Assembly: GCF_006345805.1 (NCBI RefSeq)
Contig: NC_043003.1
Span: forward strand, 46,996,001-47,060,000
Length of the DNA stretch: 64,000 bases
Direction of reading: 5' to 3'
DNA from: Octopus sinensis
Taxonomy: Eukaryota
The translations under genes and the position numbers were made by a program. Below are positions 1 through 11,489 of this stretch, in pieces. How positions within the stretch are numbered: position 1 is the stretch's first letter; each line of letters begins with the position of its first letter. Below the pieces are notes generated by a model, which was not told where the DNA came from, did no database searches, and saw only the letters and a list, made by a program, of their open reading frames with translations.

Positions 1-644
1 TCCAGTGTTTCTGGAGGTCTCATAGATCATCTTCAAAAACAGATGCTGTTTCGTGTGTTCACTCACGACACATGAGATGCTGTTCTCTTCTCTTTAATAT
101 ACTTTTACACAATTCTGTTAAATGTGCTATGTCTCTTTCGTATATTCCGGACGTCTTGAAAACGTATGTGCTGAGCAATATTACCAAATGAATTATATAT
201 GAAAAAGCAGTGAGGAGTGAGCCTGATCTGTTTCGCCCTTTTTAGTCCTCATCAGCGAATCAGTCTAACCGTTTCTGCAGATCCTAGAATGATGAGGGAC
301 TTCTTGTGGATGAACACTATGCTTCGCCGATGATGACACATAAGGCGGAAACATACTTAGATTTATCATTTTTCTTCTAAGGATCAACCTCACTCTCTAC
401 TGCGGTCTACATGTGATTTATTAAACATTTCGATGTTGTCTACCCTGTTTTCTCTCACAAAAATGAGTCATTTAACATAATTATTGTTTTCTCATCATTG
501 TGGGTGTAATTTTAATTAAAATTCTAATGGAATAATAAACATATCAAATATGCTACCGCCCACTTTAATAGTGTGTAAATGTTTATAGATATATGTGTGT
601 GTGTCTATGTGTATGTGTTTGTATTTGTGCATATGTGTGTGTGT

Positions 645-675
<31 letters not shown>

Positions 676-679
676 ACGG

Positions 680-685
680 AGATAG

Positions 686-755
<70 letters not shown>
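680..755. repeat. (AGAT)n microsatellite preceded by (AGAA)n
   Basis: Directly visible tetranucleotide array. Confidence 0.95.
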
Positions 756-939
756 AGACAGAGCTATATGTGTTTCTGTGTATGTGTGTCTATATATTAT
801 ATATTCATGGGCACTTGTGTATATATGTGTGTGTGTGTGTGTGTGTGTATATGTATGTGTAGGAATAAACTGTTTGGGTACAAATCGAAAGAAGAAAGTT
901 TGTTCATTTTAAACACAGCTGAAGGAACGACTTCTCAAG

Positions 940-1110
940 ATATACGACGACCATGTTTACACATATCAATTGCGATGGTATTTGAAAGGATACAGCGGCA
1001 ACATTAGACGCACTTAAAAAAGACAATCACGGAAGCGATGGGATAGCTATGTTGTACTGAAATGTCCGGGAGACCATGTGTCACATGCCCGAAAGTATAG
1101 TTACTCAAGT
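940..1110 (+). mobile_element. Degenerate Tc1-like transposase C-terminal remnant
   Basis: Frame-shifted pieces WYLKG, ATLDALKK, TITEA and HMPES resemble the Tc1 'W..LK..V...T..ELK.AI..AW' tail. No TIR seen. Confidence 0.3.
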
Positions 1111-1184
1111 GCACCTTAACCACTTGTGGACCATATAAACTAAAAATACACATAGTATATCTGCATTATATATATATATATATT

Positions 1185-1239
<55 letters not shown>

Positions 1240-1414
1240 TCTCGAAATACGAGAGTAGAAAAACAGCCAACAACTGATGAAGGGTCGTTCTTTGTGTTGT
1301 TCGTCTTGTTTTCCATTTGTGTCTTTCGTTGTTCGAAAATATAGTTCATATTCCATGTACTCGTACTTCGTACTTTTGTTGTACACGTTTCGTGACATCC
1401 TGTGCCCATATATG

Positions 1415-1456
<42 letters not shown>

Positions 1457-1577
1457 CGTATAGATGTATGTACGTATGTATGTATGTATGTATGTACATA
1501 TACGTATGTATATATGTACATATACGTATGTATATATGTATATATGCATATATATATATATATGTATTATTTATATT

Positions 1578-1656
<79 letters not shown>

Positions 1657-1685
1657 CATATATATGCTGGCACATAAGATTTAAG

Positions 1686-2638
1686 CTAGCTCCTGTGGAG
1701 AGCTCTTCATTCGGCCTTGGGCCCAACAATGACACTTCATGCATTGAGTACATATTAAATTTTATTAAACTTGACCAATATTTTTCAAGCAATGAACAAT
1801 TTTCATCAAAACAATGATATCATTTCTCGACTTGGAACTTACTGCAAAGCTGTATGATAAACAACATTGCTTGTTTCCATTCCCTACCCTTGAACAACCA
1901 ACATATAGGTGGTCGTAGGCAACAATAAACTTACCTTTAAAAAGTTCAACGATAATTCTTCTGCCGCCACTTAATTTTAAAGCAATTTGACGTACGTACG
2001 GCCTTACTTTTCGTACAAACAATTATTTGTAGTAGCTGGTACGTATCTAAACTCCTGTTCGTTGTTTGATGGAAAATTATACCTCTGTCGCTCAACACTA
2101 TCTTAAAGTGCGATTTTTATAGTTTGGAATTTCTCTAAATGTATTTGACCAAAAGGATGTTTGAATTTTAGCATTTTTTTAGTATTTTTTAAGGTAATAA
2201 TAAAATTAGTCGACTCTATTTTCATGCAGTCCGAGTGCGCTACGTTTCCATAGCTACGACGGCCGATGGCATGAAAAAAGATCCGATAAATGTTATTAAT
2301 ATCTGATAAAATACTAAGTTTCCAACATTTTTATGGTAGAGAGGAAATATTGTATGAGAAAATGAGTTCAATACGTATTTCAGTTGCGAACGTTATGAAG
2401 CACGTGTTATGGTTTAAGTACTTGATACAGTTATAATATTTAAACATGTTTAGTTTGGAAATTAGTTTTGGAAATAGTTATAATATTTAGAGTGATATTT
2501 TTTTTCAAAAGGTTAAGATAAAGAGAATGCCGAAAATGATGAATAGTAGAAGTGTCATTGAATAGCGAGAGAGAGAGAGATTCGGAGGAATAAAGTTGAA
2601 AAAGTGTGATACACTGAAACACTGACATTCGCTTTTGC

Positions 2639-2640
<2 letters not shown>
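1686..2640 (-). mobile_element. Non-autonomous Helitron relic with a PIF1-helicase C-terminal fragment
   Basis: Minus ORF 1765-2022 contains HLYVGCSRVGNG (Helitron motif HGQLYVxxSRV). CTAG at 1686-1689 is a candidate 3' end. The 5' side runs into (TA)n, as is common for animal Helitrons. Confidence 0.55.
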
Positions 2641-2691
<51 letters not shown>

Positions 2692-2755
2692 ATATAATAT
2701 ATATATGTATTGAGTACCTTATTTACTGTGGTTAACCCCGACTCAACCCGGGACC

Positions 2756-2815
<60 letters not shown>

Positions 2816-2848
2816 AATTATATATATGTATAATCTTATATATATATA

Positions 2849-4130
2849 CAGGGGCTGGGCAAAATAATGGAAACACCTTAAAATTTAACACAAATTTATT
2901 TTAATATGGGGTAGGTCCACCATTGGCAGTAATTACAGCTTGAATTCTACGAGGTATGGACTCATACAAAGTTTGAATTGTTTCCAAAGGAAATTTTGTC
3001 CATTCTTCAGCTAAAACAGTCTGCAGTTTTTGTAGTGATGATGGTGAAGGATTTTGACTCCTTACTTGTTTTTACTAAAATGCACCATAAATGTTCAATG
3101 ATATTGAGATCTGAGGACTGTGGTGGCCTTGTAAGATGTTCAACTTCACTAGAATGTTCCTCGTGCCATTCAGTAACAACTTTAGCAGAGTGAATTGGTG
3201 CATTATCATCCTGAAAGATTGCATTTCCCTTCAGAATAGTTCCTCAACCATACGATGAATTTGATCAGGTAAAATGATTGAATAGACTTGACTACAAATT
3301 CTGCCATGAAGGGAAACCATTGGGCCAGCAGGTTTTAAGATATAGCCTCCCCCCACCCAGATCATCACAGATCCTCCTCCATGTTTAACATTTGGAAGAA
3401 GGTAGTCTGGGTCAAATACTTCTTTTGGTTATCTCCACACGTATACTCAGCCGGTGGTCGGAAATAAGGCAAAGGATGACTCGTCCGAGAAAATAACATT
3501 CTTCTACTGCTCTAGGGACCAATTCTGTAGGTTTTTACTCCACTCTAAATGCTTTGCAACGTTTGTTTTTGAAAGTATTGGTTTTCTTGTTGGAGCCCCC
3601 CCCCCCGCGAAATCCGGCATTGTGCAGCTCCGGTGAACAGTTTTTGCGGAAACTGGGTTCTCGAGGTGGTCATTAAGCTCTGCAGTAATTTGGGGAGCTA
3701 TACTTTTGTGATCCTTTCTAACAATTTGCATAAGAGTCTGACAGTCCCTATCTGAAAGTTTTGGTTTTGTTCCGGAGTTTTATTTCGATGAGCAGGTTTT
3801 TCCCTCCTTCTTAAAGTCTGTCATTACTTTCAAGACAGTACTTCTTGATACACCAAACATTTCGGCTGTTTTCGTTACGCTAGCGCCTGCCATACGAGCA
3901 ACGACAATTTGACCTCTTTGAAAGTCTGACAGATCTGCCATTTTAATGAATTCTAATTGCCTTTTTCTGATGAAATCTGAAAATAAATAGCAATTTTAGT
4001 AAAACATATTAAGCAACACTAATAATATATCAAAAAACATAAAAGTAAACAAGCTTTTGACGGTTTTATAGATATTTCAAAATTATAATGCTATGATGCT
4101 AGGTGTTTCCATTATTTTGTCCAACCCCTG
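2849..4130 (-). mobile_element. Full-length decayed Tc1-family DNA transposon (1282 bp)
   Basis: 30-bp TIRs CAGGGGCTGGGCAAAATAATGGAAACACCT (2849-2878) and 4101-4130 match 28/30, with TA on both sides. Confidence 0.95.
2901..3941 (-). pseudogene. Tc1 transposase pseudogene
   Basis: ATG at 3941 gives MADLSDFQRGQIVVARMAGASVTKTAEMFGVSRSTV (paired-like HTH), then RKPILSKTNVAKHLEWSKNLQNWSLEQ, and ends VITANGGPTPY* at 2901. Contains stops and frameshifts. Confidence 0.9.
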
Positions 4131-4564
4131 TATACAGAAATTATATGAGTATATATAATTTATATATATATATTATATATGTATATACAATTTATATACA
4201 TAAATTATGTGTATATGCGATTTATATGTATAAATTATGTATATATAATTGATATATATATAGTCTCACACATGCACATATATATATACACACACATATA
4301 TACATACACACACACATATGCTCTCTCTCACACGCACGCACACACATGTATGTATGTATGTATCTATGTATGTATGTATGTATGTATGTATGTATGTATG
4401 TGTGCATGTGTGCATGCATGTGTATGTATATTACATAATTGGTCTTTCGTAACAGTACATCAGGAAATTAATGGCATAAGATTTACTGGGTCAGATTATA
4501 GTCATTACGTAATGGGGTGGACCTGTGACATATGCCTCTTGTGCGTGTGTGTATGCGTGTATAC

Positions 4565-4771
4565 ACATACATTCTTGCATAGACACACATGCATACATAC
4601 ATACATACATACATACATACATACATACATACATACATACATGCATACATACGTATATACGTACATACATGCATACATGTATACATAGTCATACACACAT
4701 ACATACATACATACATACATGCATGCATACATACATACATACATACATAGATACATACATGCATGCATACA

Positions 4772-4805
<34 letters not shown>

Positions 4806-5049
4806 CATACATACGTACGTACGTACATACATACATACATACGTGCGTACATACGTACATACATACATGCATACATACATACATACATACATACATACAT
4901 ACATACATACATACATGCATACATACGTATATACGTACATACATGCATACATGTATACATAGTCATACACACATACATACATACATACATGCATGCATAC
5001 ATACATACATACATACATAGATACATACATGCATGCATACATACATACA

Positions 5050-5083
<34 letters not shown>

Positions 5084-5241
5084 CATACATACGTACGTAC
5101 GTACATACATACATACATACGTGCGTACATACGTACATACATACATACATACATACATACATACATACATACATAACATACATACATAACATACATACAT
5201 ACATACATACATATGTACATACATACATACATGCATGCATG

Positions 5242-5275
<34 letters not shown>

Positions 5276-5485
5276 TATACACATACATACATACAAGTAT
5301 ACATACATACATGCATACATACATACATACATGCATGCATACATACATACATACATACATACATACATACATACATACATGCATGCATACATACATACAT
5401 GCATACATACATACATACATACATACATACATACATACATACATACATACATACATACATACATACATACATACATACATACATG
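4565..5485. repeat. Long (TACA)n compound microsatellite with an internal ~275-bp duplicated block
   Basis: Variant anchors CATAGTCATACACAC (4684, 4958) and ACGTGCGTAC (4841, 5119) recur at ~275-bp spacing. Confidence 0.9.
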
Positions 5486-6339
5486 CACCAGCATGCAGAG
5501 ATATGAGTGTTTTTATTTGTTGGAAATAATGAGAAATCTTTATTTTTATCTCCGACGAAAAGCTGCGACAGCTGTTCACTTCGACACACACTCCTCTTTC
5601 TTTCTTCCTTTCTGTTTTTCGTTTGTTCGTTCGTTCGTCCTTTCTATCTCTCTGTCTGTCTGTTTGTATGTATGCATGTCTCTATCTATATATCTGTCTA
5701 TCTATCTATCCTTCTCTATCTCTCTTTCTGTCCACATTTCCATGTATTTCGATTGGTTACATATTTCTCCACCAAATAATAAACGTACCCACTTCTCAAT
5801 GCTTAACGCCAACTCGAAGCAATGACGTTCTTATCTATAACTTACCAAATTTAAAAGTTTGTTTTTGAGCGCTCGCTTGTGTTTGTATAAAAAAAAGAAG
5901 TATAGAACGAGAGAGAGACAGAGAAGTAGGAAAGGAAGAGAACACGAGACTGGGTGAGAGAGTGACTGAATAAGAAACCTAAAACATGTTTGGCAACTTT
6001 GTATAAACGCTGTTAGATATATTTTTTCAGCGTGTTATTTCAACGCATTATCATCCTAGACTTGTGGTCAACGTGGATTATTTGTGCAGTAGAACATGAA
6101 ATAGTTTTTATTTGTCTTAATCTTCTCATACAATTCCACGATGTATTATAGGAAGGAACCTTAAATCAACTGCAGTACTTGACTGGCGCTGTGTCTTGAA
6201 CTTTTTTTCTTTCTTCCAACAAGGACCGCTTGTTCCCTCTGTGTACTAATTTCTTCAAGCTGATCTACTTTAATATTTCCTGTTGTCGATGTTCTTGCTC
6301 TTATTTTTTTTCTTTTATATTTTTTTTCTGGTGGTGGTG

Positions 6340-6375
<36 letters not shown>

Positions 6376-6917
6376 GTGATGTTGTTGACAGCCTTTATTC
6401 AGAAAATTTATGAAAGTCACGGGTGAACTGCGGCTCGCGGAGTTTTTTGAATGACGCACCGAACGAAAAATTGCCTTGAATTTTTTTTAGTAGAGCAGCT
6501 CCCGCTGACGACGAGTCGAAAAAGGTTGATTATACCTGATATATGAGCAAAGATTTCCGGTCGAAATCATCGCATCTCCTGTTTTTTTAGACATTGCATC
6601 TAGTTCTTGATTGGCCAGTGTTTTCCTCAATTCATTTTTTTAAAGTCGAAAGAGGAATGTTTGGCTACTATTTCTAACGAACATAACGATGGAATAGCTT
6701 CATTGTTGATTTCTATTGCATTGTAGTATATCGGTTGCTGAAAAGGGTAACGATATTTTTTTTATTATCGATGACAAATATTTTCAACAAAATGAGAGAA
6801 GTTAATTACTTTTAATATTTTTACCAACTTCTGTCTAATATTTGTTTTAATCATTGGACTGCAGCCACACTGGGGCATCACCTGGAAGGATTCGTCGAGC
6901 AAATCAAACCTACCACA

Positions 6918-6955
<38 letters not shown>

Positions 6956-6987
6956 TATTATTATTATTATTATTATTATTATCGTTA

Positions 6988-7544
6988 TTGAGTGAGAGAG
7001 CAGTGCATGCCATCAAAGTGACACTGGGGTAAAATATACGAAGCCCAGTATAACCATCATGACTACCCGTCTGATAAGGGTACGCCAGGCACATGCATCA
7101 CAACCATATGTGCGCGACATGGTGATCTCATATCAAGATAAACAGCGCATGGCCTTGCAGATGGGGCCCAGTTAGAATTTTCTTCTGGTGGAGTAGCCTA
7201 TTCCGGTCAAAAGGCCCCTGAATAAGGATTGTTTAAGGATGTTGAACGGACCACCCATGTTTCCAAAGGTGAATTATCCAAACCTCCAAGAATTCCTTTC
7301 AACACACGGCTATGATGCTCCCACACTATTTCTGCTCATGATCAGAGATGCACATATCGTCAGCCACTAAGGGACATGGTCAACTGGTTAAAGTCAAACA
7401 ACTGACAAGCAAATCTGTAGTATTGAGCAGAATATTTGCTGTAGCCCATCTTTTATACCAAGACAAAACAATGTACATAATAACACACATCCCATCAGTT
7501 AAGATCAGAAGCCACGAGAATCACTGCCTGGTAGTGCATCAGGG

Positions 7545-7545
<1 letters not shown>
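6988..7545 (-). mobile_element. ~560-bp non-coding interspersed element embedded in (TAA)n
   Basis: Flanked by TTA arrays on both sides. A homologous, internally deleted copy lies at 52066-52382. No ORF or tRNA head recognised. Confidence 0.75.
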
Positions 7546-7630
<85 letters not shown>

Positions 7631-9010
7631 TATTATTGAGACTATACGTGAATCTACGTGGTGGCAAAACGAGCTTGTAAACTACACAGCCATACTTTTA
7701 CCTACAAATATCTTTTTTTTTTTTAATCCCCTCGTTCATCTTACTTTTCTTTATTTCCTTTTCTTGACCCATTTTCTTCTCAAATAGAAGAAAAATACCT
7801 ATTAAGATTTCGACCCTTCGATAGATAAATTTTCTATTGACAGTTGGATCAATTTTCTATTGGTAGAGAAATAAACATCGTTTTTATATCTGTATTGATT
7901 TAAGTAAGGTCCATTAGTTCGAAAAGATGGTTATGCTTTTCTTTAATTCTTTTCCTCCCCCGCGCTCTCTCTTTCTCCCTCCCTCCCCCTCTCTCTCTCT
8001 TTCTTTCTCGCAATGCCCTATGTTTACATAATCTTATTCGTGGCAATACGTTATCTACTTTACGAAATTTATGTGCTAAATCCATACTCTAATTTCATAG
8101 CACCATATTACTTGAACACATGTATGTGTGTGTGTATGTGGGCTGACATTGATTTGTTAAGCAAGTAAATAAAATCATTAGTTGATCACAGTTGTTTATC
8201 GTCATAAAAGATGAATACTATGGCTATGAAGATAAAGCATTTGTGAGTGTGGGCGTGGGTGTGCGTGAGTTCAGAATCATGTAACTGATGTAATAGACAC
8301 AGGAAATAAAGAAGCAGAGATTGATCCCGCGTGAGTTTTAAACTTAAACTTCAATTGATAGCTAAGTATTCCTTTCTAACTTAATCCATAAGATAAGTTG
8401 GACTTCATGAAAAGTGAGGTGGTCGCTGAAGATTCGAGCAGGAGCTCTTATTCAAAGAATTCATATCCTTTTATGTCATTTGTATCCGCCATCGTAAAGT
8501 TATCATAACTTTTCAACAAGTAAATATGGTAGTGCTTAGAGGTAAATTGCATGCAGTATGGTTATTTCTATAATACGAGAAAACACGATCCAAAGAAGAT
8601 TTTTGTATGTCAAAACATTTGATTGCTTTCTACAGAGGTTTGTGTGTGTGTGTGTGTGTGTGTGTGTACTCAAATTTGCTTATGATTTTGCTTTACTTAC
8701 CCTTAGTTCATTATGACCACATCTGGGGATGCAGGAAGAGCTAGTAACAAGAGCGGTAGGATTGAATATTCCGATCTAACTTGTTGAAAACACACACACA
8801 CAAATCGAATATGATTATTTAGTGCGGTAAGCTCGATAACTTTAAGTTATTGTGATTATACCTACATCGATGCGAGTCAAAAATTGTAGAGCACTACCAT
8901 AATATTAAAAACAAATTGGCAAGGGAGACAACTCAAATTTGAAATTTAAAAAAAATATTATGTTTGAAGTTTGTAGTGAGCTACATCTCTACGTTTTAAG
9001 TTAAAACCCC

Positions 9011-9211
9011 TAAGCGCTGTTTCAATTAGGATTGGCTCTGACAGTGTCTAGTACTGACTACACTAGGAAGGTGTTTGTAGTCAGGGTAGTTAGATTAGGT
9101 GTCTCGATGTATATGTGCGTTCGTATGCGTAGATGTTATGTCGTCGCACACTGGACCTTTTGTTCGTGTCTAGATACTGATTTTTTTTAATGTCTAACTT
9201 AAGTTTAAGAC

Positions 9212-9282
<71 letters not shown>

Positions 9283-9290
9283 TCCTTGGT
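9011..9290 (+). repeat. Copy of 11137-11493 flanked by the 10-bp direct repeat TTAAAACCCC
   Basis: Near-identical ~200-bp unique segment plus (CT)n plus TTTCCTCCT shared with 11137-11493. TTAAAACCCC at 9001-9010 and 9291-9300. Confidence 0.9.
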
Positions 9291-9414
9291 TTAAAACCCC
9301 AAAGGGATTGGTTTTGCCGTTACTCTTTCCGAGATCGATAAAATAGATAGCAGTCTAACAGCTGATTCAATCGATTACACACACACACACACACACACTT
9401 ACTTTCTCTCTCTC

Positions 9415-9456
<42 letters not shown>

Positions 9457-9670
9457 GTTTATCTAGGACTACATGGCCTAATGTAGCCTTTCCGTTTTAA
9501 AAGATAGCATGACATGTATTGCGTGATATTTCACTGTAAATTTACGCGCAAGTACATTTAGGTTCTCTTGTTTGCCGAACCACTAAGTTACGAGAGCGTA
9601 AATAACACAGGTTGTCAAGCGGTGGAGGAGAGACAAGCATAAATGCATATGCACATACATATACATGACG

Positions 9671-9717
<47 letters not shown>

Positions 9718-9721
9718 TATA

Positions 9722-10025
9722 TATCACCGTAATCACCGTGACCGACCAGGCTATCAGATGTTGCTACACATCGCTGGTCACAATGCGCTTCGCATTGTTT
9801 TAGCCTTCAAATGACGCCACCCCGCTGGCTAAGCGAGCAGGCCAACAGAAGAAAGAGTGAGAGAAAGTTGTAGCGAAAGAGGATCGCCACCCACCCCCTG
9901 CTGGAGCCTTGTGGAACTTTAGGTATTTTCGCTCAATAAACACTCACAACGACCGGTCTGGGAATCGAAACCGCGATCCTACGACCGCGAGTCCGCTGCC
10001 CTAACCACCGGGTCATTGCGCTCCA
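9722..10025 (-). mobile_element. SINE family A, tail variant ii
   Basis: tRNA-like head (A box TGACCCGGTGG, B box GGTTTCGATTCCC) and the shared body. Its tail recurs alone at 18640-18752, 61748-61805 and 63830-63895. Confidence 0.85.
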
Positions 10026-10026
10026 C

Positions 10027-10112
<86 letters not shown>

Positions 10113-10114
<2 letters not shown>

Positions 10115-10365
10115 GTTTTGCTCCTTCTCGAGCCATGCCTGGTTCATTAGGGCCGGTTTCCAGGTTTCCTTGGCGTATAGGATCCCCACCTGGACGGGAC
10201 GCCAGTCCGTCGCAGGTGAGCTGCAAGATGCAGGAGGTAAGAGTGAGAGAAAGTTGTGGCGAAAGAGTCAGCAGAAGTTCGCCATTACCTTTTGCCGGAG
10301 CCGCGTGGAGCTTAGGTGCTTCGCTCATAAACACACACATCACCCGGTCTGAGATTCGAACCCGC
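10113..10365 (-). mobile_element. SINE family A, tail variant iii (V-domain-like), head damaged
   Basis: Shared body followed by TGCGACGGACTGGCGTCCCGTCCAGG. Homologous to 39094-39408 and 62964-63258. Confidence 0.8.
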
Positions 10366-10367
10366 TT

Positions 10368-10508
10368 TAACCACTAGGTTGAATTTATCAACCCCGAAAG
10401 GATGAAAAGCAAAGTTGACTGGTGAAATTTGATCTCAAAACCCGAAGACAAACGAAATGCTGCTAAGCACTTCGCCCGGCGTGCTATCTATTGTGCCAGC
10501 TCGCCGCC

Positions 10509-10509
<1 letters not shown>
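10368..10509 (-). mobile_element. SINE family C (Nin/Deu-like domain), partial
   Basis: Head GGCGAGCTGGCA and domain TTTGCTTTTCATCCTTTCGGGGTTGATAAA on the minus strand. Confidence 0.8.
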
Positions 10510-10582
<73 letters not shown>

Positions 10583-10696
10583 AAGAAGAAGAAGGAGGAG
10601 GAGGAGGAGAAGAATAAGGAGGAGGAGGAGGGGGAGAAGAAGAAAGAAGAAGAAGAAGAAGAAGAAGAAGAAGAAGAAGAAGAAGAAGAAGAAGAA
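10510..10696. repeat. Compound (TAA)n/(GAG)n/(GAA)n microsatellite
   Basis: Directly visible. Confidence 0.95.
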
Positions 10697-10802
10697 AGTA
10701 CTGTCTGTCTGAGGTCCTTGTGGCTTGACAGACAGTACAAATCCCCGGTAGACACAATGTCTTCAATCAACAACATCACGATATCGGATACTGTGCGACA
10801 TC

Positions 10803-10804
<2 letters not shown>
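10697..10804 (+). mobile_element. Probable LINE 3' end with a 12-bp stem-loop and (TAA)n tail
   Basis: GTACTGTCTGTC (10698-10709) pairs perfectly with GACAGACAGTAC (10727-10738). Followed by a long TAA array. Confidence 0.5.
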
Positions 10805-10860
<56 letters not shown>

Positions 10861-11366
10861 GGGGATATATCAATAGCACTTGTTTTACCAAAAGAGAAGT
10901 TTAACAGCTTGAAAAGTTTGTAAATATTTCTTGCTATTAGAAATTCGCATTGAACATTGAAGAATATAAACAAATAGATTGTAGAAATTCAAACATCATG
11001 ATTATATCCAATCTCTCATGATGAAGGAAATATATTTTACCATATTCGGCTTCAAATTACTTGGAGTAAAATTGTGATAAGAATTCTTTAGAGGAAGTAG
11101 ACAAATGTTGCAGTATTTCTCTGTAGCTCGCTGTTCTAAGCGCTGTTTCAATTAGGATTGGCTCTGACAGTGTCTGGTACTGACTACACTAGGAAGGTGT
11201 TTGTAGTCAGGGTAGTTAGATTAGGTGTCTCGATGTATATGTGCGTTCGTATGCGTAGATGTTATGTCGTCGCACACTGGACCTTTTGTAGTTGTGGTCG
11301 TATGAAACAACTGTGTGTTCGTGTCTAGATACTGACTTTTTTTAATGTCTAACTTAAGTTTAAGAC

Positions 11367-11489
<123 letters not shown>

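Noticed and set aside
225-262. Canonical CUGAUGA...GAAAC on the minus strand (similar degenerate motifs at ~330-352, ~1230-1285, ~28895-28925, ~58930-58957)
   Set aside because: I could not close stems I and II convincingly. They are probably decayed Penelope LTR remnants and are not called as ribozymes.
1140-1817. Long overlapping ORFs rich in [12 protein letters not shown] (also 4179-5591, 14730-15184, 29187-29617, 35080-35502, 59761-60326, 61294-61769)
   Set aside because: They are translations of (TA)n, (CA)n and (TACA)n arrays that lack stop codons, with no coding signal.
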